Below, piece after piece: positions 1-9,556 of a DNA stretch of 60,920 nt (its first letter is position 1; the number at the start of each line of letters is the position of its first letter). Position numbers and translations under genes: made by a program. This DNA is from Armatimonadetes bacterium 13_1_40CM_64_14 (GTDB taxonomy: Bacteria > Sysuimicrobiota > Sysuimicrobiia > Sysuimicrobiales > Kaftiobacteriaceae). The stretch covers positions 1 through 60,920 of the forward strand of contig MNEU01000086.1 in assembly GCA_001917855.1 (NCBI GenBank), read 5' to 3'. The notes beneath the pieces were generated by a model. The model was not told the origin of the DNA. It did no database searches and worked only from the letters and a program-made list of their open reading frames with translations.

Positions 1-1166
1 CGTCCCTCCCACCGTTTATTCGTCGCGCTGGCAATAGCAAAGACGATCCGCTCGCAGCTCGCGGTGTTGGTGAAGCAGGTCATGGGTCGTGTCCGGCGCC
101 GAATTTCCCTGAAGACGCGCTCGATAGCATTGGTCGTGCGGACGCGGCGCCAGTCCCGTGCGGGGGCGTGGTAGAAGGCCAGGAGCGCTTCCCAGTCGCG
201 CAGCAGACAGGCGACGGCCTTGGGCGCGACCCGCCGCCACGCCCGCACCCACTGCTGTAGGGCCCGCTCCGCGGTCGCCCGGTCGCGCGCTTGATAGATG
301 CGTCGCGCGAGGTGCAGGCAGCGCTCCCGATCGCGGACGCGCAGTTGCTGGGCGACATTGCGGAGCACGTAGACCCAGCAGGCTTGACGCGGGACGTGGG
401 GGTAGACCAGGTCCAGCGCCGTGTGCAAGCCACGCTGGCCGTCGGTCGTGATCAGCTGGAGCCGACTGCCGATGAGGCCGCGGCAGGCCAGCGTCGTGAG
501 AAACGCTTCCCACGTCCCCTGACCTTCTTGGCGCACCAGACGATAGTCGAGGAGCTCGCGTTGCCCGGTCGTGGTAATCCCATAGGCGACGAGGACGAGC
601 CGGCGCCGCGTCCCATCAGGGGTTTTCACCCGCAGGCTCACCGCATCGAGGAAGAGATAGGTGGAGGTATCGAGGAGCGGGCGCCGGTGATAGGCGTCTA
701 CGGCCCGGTCGAGGGTCTTAGTCACGGTGGAGACGGTCGAGGCACTGATCGTGTCGTCGAGCAGGGGCGCCAGGATCGCGCCGACCTGGCGGGTGCTGAC
801 CCCGCCCAAGAAGACCGCGCGGATCAAGGTATCGACCTGGGCCGTGCGCTGCTGGTAGCGGTCGACCACCGAAGGGCGAAACCGACCGTCGCGGGAGCGC
901 GGGATCTCCAGGTCGGGGATCGTCCCGTAGGTGGTGGTGAGGCGGCGATAGTAGGAGCCGTTGCGGTGCCCGCGGCGGCTGCGCAGGCGGACATACCGAC
1001 CGGCCCGGAGGTAATCAGCGAGCTCATCGTGCATGCGATTTTCCAGCAGGTTTTTCACGGCCCGGGTCGTTTCGCGTGAGATGTCTCCCCACAGGGTCGC
1101 GGGGTCCTTGACCTCGCGCCACAGGTCGCGTAGGGTTAAATCGGTCAGTGCCTTTACACTGGCCAT
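1..1166 (-). CDS. IS256 (Mutator-type DDE) transposase, 3' end outside the window
   Basis: Translated by hand (not in the ORF track because its stop is off-window). MASVKALTDL...RNGSYYRRLTTTYG...GVSTRQV...YLFLDAV...TTDGQRGL...QACWVY...RTTNAIERVFREIRRR; SD AAGGAGG upstream. Confidence 0.93.
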   Translation of the reverse strand, partial: MASVKALTDLTLRDLWREVKDPATLWGDISRETTRAVKNLLENRMHDELADYLRAGRYVRLRSRRGHRNGSYYRRLTTTYGTIPDLEIPRSRDGRFRPSVVDRYQQRTAQVDTLIRAVFLGGVSTRQVGAILAPLLDDTISASTVSTVTKTLDRAVDAYHRRPLLDTSTYLFLDAVSLRVKTPDGTRRRLVLVAYGITTTGQRELLDYRLVRQEGQGTWEAFLTTLACRGLIGSRLQLITTDGQRGLHTALDLVYPHVPRQACWVYVLRNVAQQLRVRDRERCLHLARRIYQARDRATAERALQQWVRAWRRVAPKAVACLLRDWEALLAFYHAPARDWRRVRTTNAIERVFREIRRRTRPMTCFTNTASCERIVFAIASATNKRWEG

Positions 1167-1265
1167 GGGGTGTATCTCCCTCCTTAGGCTCGACGGCCTC
1201 AGTTTTGGAGTGGGATACGCCCTTCTCTTTGCGGGCCCTTTTTACACAATCCACCGTACACTACC
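1..1265 (-). mobile_element. IS256-family insertion sequence (one end outside the window)
   Basis: Minus-strand transposase plus a terminal sequence GGTAGTGTACGGTGGATTGTGTAAAAAGG starting at about 1265, resembling IS256-family inverted repeats (..TTGTGTAAAA..). Confidence 0.85.
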
Positions 1266-1283
1266 CCTTTTTGGTTCACACGC

Positions 1284-1313
1284 TTGCAATTAACCGCGGA
1301 GTGGAACTAAGAT
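1284..1313 (+). promoter_or_regulatory. putative sigma70 promoter for the thi leader
   Basis: TTGCAA-18 nt-TAAGAT just upstream of the riboswitch. Confidence 0.4.
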
Positions 1314-1327
1314 AGCGAGGGACAACT

Positions 1328-1452
1328 GCATAGCACGGGGAGCTCGGAGGATTCCGGGCTGAGAGTGTGACCTGCCTGCCGTCTTTAGCGGTGGGCCCTG
1401 TCACAGACCCATGGGACCCGATCCAGGTAATGCTGGCGTGGGGAACGCGATC
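1328..1452 (+). ncRNA. TPP riboswitch aptamer
   Basis: GGGGAG...GCTGAGAG...(TGTGAC/GTCACA stem)...GACCC...ACCCGATCCAGGTAATGCTGGCGTGGGGA, upstream of a thiamine transporter. Confidence 0.93.
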
Positions 1453-1462
1453 GGATGGAATG

Positions 1463-1498
1463 ACCGCCAGGCTGGAACGGCTGGCGGTTTTTGTGTTT
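1463..1498 (+). terminator. intrinsic terminator, riboswitch expression platform
   Basis: ACCGCCAG/CTGGCGGT stem plus T-run; CTGGCG in the aptamer 3' part can pair with CGCCAG as an antiterminator. Confidence 0.8.
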
Positions 1499-1530
1499 CG
1501 GATCGAGAGATCACCACGAGGAGGAAAGAC

Positions 1531-2073
1531 ATGGAGGGAACAGACAACAAGCTCACACCACGGCTCATCGCGGAGATGGGGATCGCCATCGCGCTGGCGG
1601 CCGTGCTGCACTTGATCAAACTGTGGGAGATGCCTCAGGGCGGATCCGTCACGCTGGGGACGATGGTGCCGCTGTTTATTGTGGCGTTTCGGCGGGGTCC
1701 GGGCGTGGGTTTTGTGACCGGCGCGCTCTATGGAATCTTCGAAGGCTGGATCCTCAGTGGCGGCCGGTTCTTCGTCCATCCGGTGCAGGTCATCCTGGAC
1801 TACCCGCTGGCATTCGGCCTGCTGGGACTCGCGGGATTTTTCCCCAAGTTTCCGGCTTTTGGGGTCACGGTGGGCGCCCTGGCTCGATACGCCTCGCACG
1901 TCGTTTCGGGTGTGGTTTTCTTCTCTCAATACGCGCCCAAGGGCCAGCCCGTGTGGCAGTACTCGCTGGTGTATAACGCAACGTACCTGGGGCTGGATTT
2001 CGTCGTGGCGATCATGCTGACGCTGCTCGTCTGGGAACGCCTTTCAAAAGTCTCCGCTCCGGCGCCGGCATGA
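1531..2073 (+). CDS. thiT: ECF S-component thiamine transporter ThiT
   Basis: Hydrophobic protein with MPQGGSVTL, HPVQVILDYPLAF, HVVSGVVFF, YSLVYN; SD GAGGAGG before ATG 1531; downstream of a TPP riboswitch. Confidence 0.92.
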   Translation: MEGTDNKLTPRLIAEMGIAIALAAVLHLIKLWEMPQGGSVTLGTMVPLFIVAFRRGPGVGFVTGALYGIFEGWILSGGRFFVHPVQVILDYPLAFGLLGLAGFFPKFPAFGVTVGALARYASHVVSGVVFFSQYAPKGQPVWQYSLVYNATYLGLDFVVAIMLTLLVWERLSKVSAPAPA

Positions 2074-2087
2074 CGACTGTGTCGTAG

Positions 2088-2726
2088 ATGCGCGCCGCGA
2101 TCGTCGGGAACGGCCGCCTGCCCCCGACCCGCGGCCTGCGACAGCTTCTCCGCCGCGCGGATTTGGTCGTGTGTGCCGACGGCGGCCTTCGCCCCATGCG
2201 GGCACTCGGCATCACCCCTCAGGTGGCCATCGGGGACTTTGACTCCGCCAGCCCGTCCTTGCTGGCGTGGGCGCGCCGACGCGGGACGAGCCTCCTGGCG
2301 CACCCACGCCAAAAGGACCAGACCGATACCGAGCTCGCTATTCAGTATGCGCTGCGCGCTGGGGCCACCTCGGTCGATCTCATCGGCGTCCTCGGCGGCC
2401 GCCTCGACCACACGCTCGCCAACATTGGATTATTGGTTGCCCTGGCGAGACAGCGCCGCCGTGCGCGCATCGTCCACGGTAGTAGCGAACTGTTCTTGGC
2501 GACCCCGCACGTTTCAATTCCGGGTCGGGTCGGGGATCGCGTCTCGTTGATTCCGCTGTCGGCCCGCGTGACCGGGGTGTCCACCCACGGCCTCAAGTAC
2601 CCGCTCGCCGACAGCACCCTGCGTATGGACGCGACGCGAGGCATTAGCAACGAGATCACGGCCTCCCCAGCGCATGTACGCACACGGCGCGGGTGGTTGC
2701 TCGTGGTCATAGAACACCGATCCTGA
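2088..2726 (+). CDS. thiN: thiamine pyrophosphokinase
   Basis: CADGG, IGDFDS, KDQTDTELA, GGRLDHTLAN, GLKYPL, GISN motifs. Confidence 0.93.
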   Translation: MRAAIVGNGRLPPTRGLRQLLRRADLVVCADGGLRPMRALGITPQVAIGDFDSASPSLLAWARRRGTSLLAHPRQKDQTDTELAIQYALRAGATSVDLIGVLGGRLDHTLANIGLLVALARQRRRARIVHGSSELFLATPHVSIPGRVGDRVSLIPLSARVTGVSTHGLKYPLADSTLRMDATRGISNEITASPAHVRTRRGWLLVVIEHRS

Positions 2727-2834
2727 ACGTCCCACCGACAGATTCCACCTAAGAAGGTACGATCATCCGAACGGAATCGGCTCGTTTGCCTCGCCGTGTA
2801 TAATGGCCTTTGTGATGGGTGGATGAGAAGCGTG

Positions 2835-3767
2835 ATGGAAGATTACTGGATTCGCTCCGTGACAGATGACAGCACCGTACGGGCCATGGCCGCGGTGACG
2901 ACCTCGGCCGTCGAGCTCGCGCGCCGCCGGCATGGGACGGCGCCCACCGCCACGGCTGCCTTAGGACGGGTGCTCACGGGCGCGGGGCTGCTGGGCGTAG
3001 CTCTGAAGCGAGGCCAGACCGTGATGGTGCGGATCCAGGGGGACGGACCGTTGGGTGGCGCCTTGGCCATGAGCGACGCCGTGGGCTCCGTGCGGGGCTA
3101 CGTCGCCAATCCTCTTGTGCACCTTCCCCTCACGGCCAGAGGCAAGCTCGATGTAGGCGGCGCCGTCGGTCGGGGGACGCTTCAGGTCACCCTCGACTTG
3201 GGCCTCCGCGTTCCTTACCACGGCAGTGTTCCCCTCGTCTCTGGAGAAATCGCGGAGGACCTTGCGTCCTACCTGATCGTCTCGCATCAAATTCCCTCGG
3301 TCGTGGCCCTGGGGGTGCTCGTCGCACCTTCCGAGCGGGTCATGGCGGCCGGCGGGCTGATCGTGCAGGTGATGCCCGGTGCCGACGAGCGGGTCGTCGC
3401 GTACTTGGAGGAACGGGCGCAGGTTCTGCCGGCCGTGACCTCCATGATCTCGAGAGGCCAGACACCGGAAGAGATGGTGGATGCAGTCCTTGGCACGATC
3501 GTGAGCCGCGTAGTGGAGAGGGGCCCCGTGCGGTTCCGCTGCCGCTGCTCGCGGCGGAAGGTCCAGCAGGTCCTAATCAGTCTGGGGGACGCCGAACTTC
3601 GCGAGATACTTGCCGAACAGGGACAGGTGGAAGTAACCTGCAACTTCTGTAGCGCTCGCTACGTCTTCGGTGGCGCGGACGTCGAGGGACTCATCCTTCA
3701 GATGCACAACGGCCACGGGATCGAGAGCGAATCGGAGACCGCCGAACAGGTCCCTCCCCAGGCCTAG
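2835..3767 (+). CDS. hslO: Hsp33 redox-regulated chaperone
   Basis: GDGPLG, GKLDVGGAVG, GEIAEDL, CRCS and CNFC zinc motifs; start adjusted to ATG 2835. Confidence 0.93.
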   Translation: MEDYWIRSVTDDSTVRAMAAVTTSAVELARRRHGTAPTATAALGRVLTGAGLLGVALKRGQTVMVRIQGDGPLGGALAMSDAVGSVRGYVANPLVHLPLTARGKLDVGGAVGRGTLQVTLDLGLRVPYHGSVPLVSGEIAEDLASYLIVSHQIPSVVALGVLVAPSERVMAAGGLIVQVMPGADERVVAYLEERAQVLPAVTSMISRGQTPEEMVDAVLGTIVSRVVERGPVRFRCRCSRRKVQQVLISLGDAELREILAEQGQVEVTCNFCSARYVFGGADVEGLILQMHNGHGIESESETAEQVPPQA

Positions 3768-3982
3768 ACGGCGACTGGGGCTTTGCGACGCACCAGCGGC
3801 CGCTGAACGCGTCCTGCCTGCAGGCACTCGGTGCACACGGTAAGGCGTTGGGGCGCGCCCGCCACAACGACGCGGATCCGCTGCAGATTCGGCAAAAATC
3901 TCCGAGGCGACTTGACCGCCGAGTGGCTGATCGAATGCCCCATCGCGGGCTTCTTGCCGCAGATTGCGCAGTGTCGACCCAT
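3764..3982 (-). CDS. rpmB: 50S ribosomal protein L28
   Basis: MGRHCAICGKKP..GHSISHS...RRFLPNLQ...CTECL; SD GGAGG. Confidence 0.93.
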   Translation of the reverse strand: MGRHCAICGKKPAMGHSISHSAVKSPRRFLPNLQRIRVVVAGAPQRLTVCTECLQAGRVQRPLVRRKAPVAV

Positions 3983-4083
3983 GATACGTCCTCCAAACTT
4001 CAACGCGATCGCAAATACCAGTGCATTCTAGCACGCGGAGGCAGGGCAAGGAAAGGTTAACAGCACGTAGAACAGGGAGGCGA

Positions 4084-6201
4084 ATGCCTACGTCACGCCC
4101 CACCGCCGTCGCCACGGGCCAGGCGCGATCGGCGTCGCGGTCCCTGCACGACATCCCCGCCCAGTACGTGAAAGGTGTCGGTCCCACGCGCGCCGAGCAG
4201 CTCGCACGCCTGGGGCTCCGCACAGTCGAAGACCTCTTCTATCACCAGCCCCACCGGTACGAAGACCGGAGCCACCTCGCGACCATCGCGTCACTGCGGC
4301 CCGGCCTCAAACAGACCACGCAAGGCGTGGTGCTCGCCCTGAGCGAGAAGCGCTACGGGAAACACCAGTTCGTCGCCGCCCTCTCAGATGACACCGGTGT
4401 GTTGCAGGCCATCTGGTTCGGCCAGCGGTTTTTGCGCCGCGTCATCCACCGCGGCACGCGATTGATCGTCCACGGCAGGGTCGAACGGGCAGGCGTCGTG
4501 CAGATGGTAGTGGACGAACATGAAGTCCTCACGGGAGATGAGGACGACACGCTGCACACAGGGCGCATCGTCCCCATGCATCCGGCCACCGAGGGGCTCA
4601 GCCCTCGGGTCCTACGCACCATCATCGCCCGCGCGCTGGACGAGTACCTGGACGCGCTCCCAGAACTTCTTCCCGATCACATCCGGAAGCAGCAGGGGTT
4701 GGCGAGGCACCAGGAGGCCGTGCGCAATTTGCACTTTCCGTCATCGATGGAAGATGCAGAAGCCGCCCATCGCCGACTGGCGTTTGATGAACTGCTCGTG
4801 TTGCAGCTCGGCGTGCTTATGCGCAAGCAAGCGGTCCGCGTCGTGGAGAAGGGGATCCGCTACAAGCGCCGTGGCGGACTTCTGGCACAGTTTGTGGCCA
4901 CGTTGCCGTACTCGCTGACCGCCGCGCAGCATCGGGTCCTGGGCGACGTGACGGGGGACCTCTACAGCCCCCGGCCGATGAACCGGCTTCTGCAGGGAGA
5001 TGTCGGGTCAGGCAAGACCGTCGTAGCCGCTGCCGCGCTCTGGCTATGCGTGGGCGGCGGGTGTCAGGGGGCACTGATGGCCCCTACCGAAATTCTGGCT
5101 GAACAACACTACCTGACGTTTCGCCGCCTCCTCGCTCCCCTCGGGGTCCGCCTCGCACTGGTCACGGGGAGCCGAAGGCGACCGGACCGCGACCGCATCC
5201 GCGAAGCGCTGGCCGCAGGTGAGATCGACGTGGCTGTGGGTACGCACGCGTTGCTGGAGGAGGGGGTGGAGTTCGCCCGGTTGGGGTTAGTGGTCGTCGA
5301 TGAACAGCACAAATTCGGTGTGCTGCAGCGCGCTGAACTACGCCAGAAGGGCGAACACCCAGATGTCTTGGTGATGACCGCCACGCCTATTCCGCGAACG
5401 TTATCCATGACGCTGTACGGCGATCTGGACGCCTCCGTATTGGATGAAATGCCCCCCGGGCGCGGCGTGATCAAGACCTACGTCCGAGGACCGGAGAAAC
5501 GGCCGGAGGTATACCAGTGGGTCCGCCAGCAGGTCGACGGGGGGCACCGCGTCTACGTGGTATGCCCGCTCATCGAAGAGTCCGACAAGCTTCAGGCGGA
5601 AGCCGCGATCCATCTGGCCGAACGGTTGCGGGCGGGGGTGCTCGACGGAGTGACGGTAGGCTTGCTCCACGGTCGCATGCGACCAGACGACAAAGATGCG
5701 GTGATGGAGCAGTTCCGCACAGGGGCGATCCGGGTGCTGGTCGCCACGCCAGTGATTGAAGTCGGCATCGATGTCCCCGAAGCCACAATCATGATCGTCG
5801 AGGACGCCGACCGGTTTGGCCTCGCGCAACTCCACCAGTTGCGCGGCCGGGTTGGCCGGGGACCGCAAACATCGTTTTGCGTCCTGCTGTCGTCGGCGAT
5901 GTCGGACCCCGCACGGGAACGGCTAGACACGATGGCCCAAACGTCCGACGGGTTCGTCATCGCCCAAAGAGATCTGGAGTTGCGGGGGCCGGGGGAACTG
6001 ATGGGCACACGCCAGCACGGCCTGCCGGACTTGCGCATCGCCGATCTCCTGGGAGATGCGCCCATCCTGCAAGACGCCCATCGTGAGGCCGGCCATCTGC
6101 TGGCAGACGATCCCGACCTCTCCCAGCGTGACCACGCCGAGCTCCGGGACCTTGTTCGCCGACGGTTCGTGGAACGGCCGGGCGTGGCCGCCGTGGGGTA
6201 G
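4084..6201 (+). CDS. recG: ATP-dependent DNA helicase RecG
   Basis: RLLQGDVGSGKT, MAPTEILAEQH, DEQH, MTATPIPRTL, QLHQLRGRVGRG. Confidence 0.97.
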   Translation: MPTSRPTAVATGQARSASRSLHDIPAQYVKGVGPTRAEQLARLGLRTVEDLFYHQPHRYEDRSHLATIASLRPGLKQTTQGVVLALSEKRYGKHQFVAALSDDTGVLQAIWFGQRFLRRVIHRGTRLIVHGRVERAGVVQMVVDEHEVLTGDEDDTLHTGRIVPMHPATEGLSPRVLRTIIARALDEYLDALPELLPDHIRKQQGLARHQEAVRNLHFPSSMEDAEAAHRRLAFDELLVLQLGVLMRKQAVRVVEKGIRYKRRGGLLAQFVATLPYSLTAAQHRVLGDVTGDLYSPRPMNRLLQGDVGSGKTVVAAAALWLCVGGGCQGALMAPTEILAEQHYLTFRRLLAPLGVRLALVTGSRRRPDRDRIREALAAGEIDVAVGTHALLEEGVEFARLGLVVVDEQHKFGVLQRAELRQKGEHPDVLVMTATPIPRTLSMTLYGDLDASVLDEMPPGRGVIKTYVRGPEKRPEVYQWVRQQVDGGHRVYVVCPLIEESDKLQAEAAIHLAERLRAGVLDGVTVGLLHGRMRPDDKDAVMEQFRTGAIRVLVATPVIEVGIDVPEATIMIVEDADRFGLAQLHQLRGRVGRGPQTSFCVLLSSAMSDPARERLDTMAQTSDGFVIAQRDLELRGPGELMGTRQHGLPDLRIADLLGDAPILQDAHREAGHLLADDPDLSQRDHAELRDLVRRRFVERPGVAAVG

Positions 6202-6209
6202 CTCTGTCG

Positions 6210-6755
6210 ATGAGGACGGCGGGACGACCGAAGACGCGTCGCCGAGCGGGGGTTCGCCCGACACAGGCTCGCGTCCGGGATGCGTTGCTCAACAGCTTGG
6301 GACCGCGGATGGCCGGAGCACGGGTGCTGGACCTCTACGCCGGCACGGGCGCGCTAGGGATGGGAGCGCTGCACCACGGAGCCGCGTACACTCTGTTTGT
6401 GGAACGCCATGCCTCGCTCGCGGCCGACCTGCGCCGCCGTCTGACCGCCGCAGGCGTGAGCGACCGCGCAGAGGTGTGGGCCAAAGATGCGCTGGCTGCG
6501 GTCCGGGAACTGGGCGCGGGGCAAGGGAGGTTTGACATCATCCTGCTGGATCCCCCGTACGGCCAGGAGTTGATCGCAGCGACCCTGGACGCGATCAGAC
6601 GCGCGAGCATCCTCGCCGCGGACGGAGTGGTGGCCGCCGAGGGCCACTGGCGGGACCACCCCGGTGAGATCACAGGACTCATCTGCCGCCGCGAAGCCCG
6701 GTACGGAGAAACCAGGTTGTGGTACTTCCAACACTCAGGAGGTGAGGGCCCGTGA
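6210..6755 (+). CDS. rsmD: 16S rRNA m2G966 methyltransferase
   Basis: VRPT..RVR, LDLYAGTGALG, DPPY; recG-rsmD-coaD synteny. Confidence 0.88.
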   Translation: MRTAGRPKTRRRAGVRPTQARVRDALLNSLGPRMAGARVLDLYAGTGALGMGALHHGAAYTLFVERHASLAADLRRRLTAAGVSDRAEVWAKDALAAVRELGAGQGRFDIILLDPPYGQELIAATLDAIRRASILAADGVVAAEGHWRDHPGEITGLICRREARYGETRLWYFQHSGGEGP

Positions 6756-7234
6756 CGAGTGCCATCTACCCTGGCAGCTTCGACCCTGTCCACAACGGAC
6801 ACCTCGATGTCATCACCCGGGCGGCTCGGGTCTTTGACACCGTCATTGTCGCCGTGGCGAGAAATTCGGACAAGGACGGCCTGTTCTCTGTCTCCGAGCG
6901 CGTGGACATGTTGCGGACGGCGGCGGCGGCGGTGCGCAACGTGCGGGTCGACGCGTATGAGGGCCTGACGGTGGCCTTTGCGCAAGCCCGGGGTGCCTCA
7001 GTCCTAGTGAAGGGGCTGCGGGCCGTGGTCGATTTCGAGTACGAGCTCAAACAGGCTTCGATGAATCAGCGCCTGGCACCAAACCTGGACACGGTCTTCT
7101 TCATGACGGCCCCCCCGTACTACTTCCTGAGCTCGACTCTGATTCGCGAGGTGTCTCAGCTCGGGGGATCGGTCGCGGGGCTAGTCCCTGCGGGCGTGGA
7201 AGAGCGGTTGCGGGCGAAGCTTCACCCCCGATGA
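6752..7234 (+). CDS. coaD: phosphopantetheine adenylyltransferase
   Basis: YPGSFDPVHNGH, KGLRA..DFEYE, LSST. Confidence 0.96.
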   Translation: MTSAIYPGSFDPVHNGHLDVITRAARVFDTVIVAVARNSDKDGLFSVSERVDMLRTAAAAVRNVRVDAYEGLTVAFAQARGASVLVKGLRAVVDFEYELKQASMNQRLAPNLDTVFFMTAPPYYFLSSTLIREVSQLGGSVAGLVPAGVEERLRAKLHPR

Positions 7235-7683
7235 TTGTGCCGCCCACGTCGGTGATGGACCTGCTGACGCGCTTGGAGAGGCTACTCCGCGGGGCGGAGG
7301 TGACAGCAGGGTCCCGATCGCCGAAGGCCGAGGAAGCCCTCGGGCTGGTGCGGATGATCCGGGGGGCGCTCCCCGTTGAGCTCGGGGAAGTCAACCGCCT
7401 CCGCGCCGAGGCCGAACGGATCCACCGTCACGCCCAAGACGAGGCGAGGCGGATTGTGCTGGAGGCCCAGGTGACAGCGCGCCGGCGCGAGGACGTCGTC
7501 GCGCCCCAAACAGTCGTCAGCGTAGAGGATCCTCTGGCGGACGCGCAGCGGAAGGCGAAAGAGATCCGGGAGGGTGCCGATGCCTATGCAACGCAGGTGC
7601 TCGGCGAGTTAGAAGAGAGCATTCTCCGCGTCCTGGAGGCCATCCGCAAGGGTAAGCAGTTATTGAAAGACGCTTCGCGCTAA
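7231..7683 (+). CDS. conserved coiled-coil (DivIVA-like) protein
   Basis: Helical EAERI..AQDEARRIV..GADAYA pattern; typical position between coaD and yceD. Confidence 0.7.
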   Translation: MIVPPTSVMDLLTRLERLLRGAEVTAGSRSPKAEEALGLVRMIRGALPVELGEVNRLRAEAERIHRHAQDEARRIVLEAQVTARRREDVVAPQTVVSVEDPLADAQRKAKEIREGADAYATQVLGELEESILRVLEAIRKGKQLLKDASR

Positions 7684-7692
7684 GCCTATACT
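7663..7692 (+). promoter_or_regulatory. putative promoter for yceD-rpmF-plsX-fab
   Basis: TTGAAA-18 nt-TATACT. Confidence 0.45.
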
Positions 7693-7699
7693 AAATTGT

Positions 7700-8242
7700 T
7701 TGACGTCGGGGAGTTCGGACGTGCGCATCGACGTGGCAGCATTGGAAATCGGGCAGGTGCGGCGCGCTGCGTTCGACGAGGTCGTCGATAGTAAGACCGA
7801 GGACCTCGCTTTCGACACCCCCGTGAGGGGGAACGTCGAGGTCGATCGCACCGCGCAGACGCTCCGCCTGAAGGGTCACCTCGCGACCACAGCCCCCTTA
7901 ATGTGCGGGCGGTGCCTGACGCAGTTCCGCCAGGACCTGGCCATCGCAGTCGAGGAGGAGTTCCTGGTCGGAGGGAGCACTGCGCCCCGCGAGGGGGCTC
8001 TGCGACCCGAGGACTTTGTCTTCCCTCTGGGGCCTGACTTGGTGCTCGACGTCACGGAAGCCGTGCGCCAGCACCTGCTGTTGGCCGTGCCGATGGTCCC
8101 GGTGTGCCGACCCGACTGCCGGGGACTGTGTCCCCGGTGTGGGAAAAATCTCAATGCGCAGGATTGTGGTTGCGAGCCCGTGGAGACGATTGATCCGCGC
8201 CTCGCGCCGCTGCGGGACCTCAAGGACACGCGGAGGGAATAG
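7700..8242 (+). CDS. yceD: DUF177/YceD ribosome-associated protein
   Basis: CGRCL, CRPDCRGLCPRCGKNLN, IDPRLAPL; upstream of rpmF (start may be GTG 7721). Confidence 0.88.
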   Translation: MTSGSSDVRIDVAALEIGQVRRAAFDEVVDSKTEDLAFDTPVRGNVEVDRTAQTLRLKGHLATTAPLMCGRCLTQFRQDLAIAVEEEFLVGGSTAPREGALRPEDFVFPLGPDLVLDVTEAVRQHLLLAVPMVPVCRPDCRGLCPRCGKNLNAQDCGCEPVETIDPRLAPLRDLKDTRRE

Positions 8243-8273
8243 CCCGATCCTGACGATGAGCAGGAGGTAAGGT

Positions 8274-8465
8274 ATGGGTATTCAAAAACGACGGCGATCC
8301 AAGATGAAGGGCGCCATGCGCCGCGGGCATTGGAAGCTGCGCAGTATCACGTTGGTGGCCTGCCCGAACTGCCACGCCCAGATGCGTCCCCATCGCGCCT
8401 GCCCGACCTGCGGCCAGTACGCGGGGCGCGAGGTCATCAAAGTCGAGAAACCGGAGAGTAAGTAA
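8274..8465 (+). CDS. rpmF: 50S ribosomal protein L32
   Basis: KRRRSK..MRR, CPNC..PHRACPTCGQY. Confidence 0.95.
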   Translation: MGIQKRRRSKMKGAMRRGHWKLRSITLVACPNCHAQMRPHRACPTCGQYAGREVIKVEKPESK

Positions 8466-8479
8466 CCCGCGGTGAACCG

Positions 8480-9556
8480 GTGAGCGCAACGGCTCCTGGG
8501 GGCGATGCGGCGTTGACGATTGCTGTCGACGCGATGGGGGGAGACCATGCCCCCCAGGCGGTCGTGGCGGGCGCTTTGGCCGCCGCCCGCGACTTCGGGG
8601 TCAACATCCTGCTCGTGGGTCCCCACATCCTCGTCGAGCGGGAGCTGTCACGTCACCGCCACGTCCCCTCCACTATCCGCATTGTGGATGCCCCAGAAGT
8701 TGTTGAGATGCACGAAGCGCCCGCAATGGCCGTGCGCCGGAAGAAACGATCCTCGATCGTGGTGGCGATGGAGCAGGTGCGCGATCGGCAGGCACACGCC
8801 GCGGTGAGCGCCGGCCACACGGGGGCGGCCATGGGCGCAGCCCTCCTTCGATTAGGACGCCTCCCCGGAGTCGATCGGCCGGCCATTGCGGTCATCCTGC
8901 CGACGATCGCAGACCAGCCGATGGTGCTGCTGGACGTAGGAGCGAACGTGGACAGTCGGCCTCACCATTTACTGCAGTTCGCCCTGATGGGATCGGTCTA
9001 CGCGCGGCGGGTGTTGGGTGTGGCGTCTCCGCGCGTGGGGATCCTCAGCAACGGAGCGGAAGAGGGCAAGGGATCCGATCTCACGTTGCGGACCACCCCG
9101 CTGCTGCGGACCGCCGGGTTAAATTTCATCGGGAACGTCGAAGCTCGGGACGTCTTCACCGGCACCGCGGACGTCGTGGTGTGCGACGGATTTGTGGGCA
9201 ATGTCGTCTTGAAGTTCGGCGAGGGGTTAGCTCTGGCGATCCGCGATCTCGTGAAGGCGGAATTCCAGGGGTGGCGCGGTCGACTCTACCTGCTCTTCTT
9301 AGCCCCGCTGGCTCAGAAGCTCCGACGGATGTACCGCCGCATCGATTACCGAGAATACGGCGGGGCACCGCTTCTGGGCATCGACGGGGTGTGCATCATC
9401 GCGCACGGGAGCAGCAATGCCCGGGCCGTCCGCAACGCCATCCGCGTCGCGGTGGAGGCTGTGCGGAACCCGTTCGTCGAGGACCTGCGGGCCCAGATGC
9501 CTCAGTGGAGCGAAACGGTGCCCAGCGGCGCGGAATCCTTGGAGACCCAGCCGTGA
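8480..9556 (+). CDS. plsX: phosphate acyltransferase
   Basis: AVDAMGGDHAP, SAGHTGA, DVGANVD, DGFVGNV, GGAPLLG. Confidence 0.96.
   Translation: MSATAPGGDAALTIAVDAMGGDHAPQAVVAGALAAARDFGVNILLVGPHILVERELSRHRHVPSTIRIVDAPEVVEMHEAPAMAVRRKKRSSIVVAMEQVRDRQAHAAVSAGHTGAAMGAALLRLGRLPGVDRPAIAVILPTIADQPMVLLDVGANVDSRPHHLLQFALMGSVYARRVLGVASPRVGILSNGAEEGKGSDLTLRTTPLLRTAGLNFIGNVEARDVFTGTADVVVCDGFVGNVVLKFGEGLALAIRDLVKAEFQGWRGRLYLLFLAPLAQKLRRMYRRIDYREYGGAPLLGIDGVCIIAHGSSNARAVRNAIRVAVEAVRNPFVEDLRAQMPQWSETVPSGAESLETQP

Noticed and set aside
291-1079. 262-aa plus-strand ORF
   Set aside because: Antisense shadow of the IS256 transposase on the minus strand.
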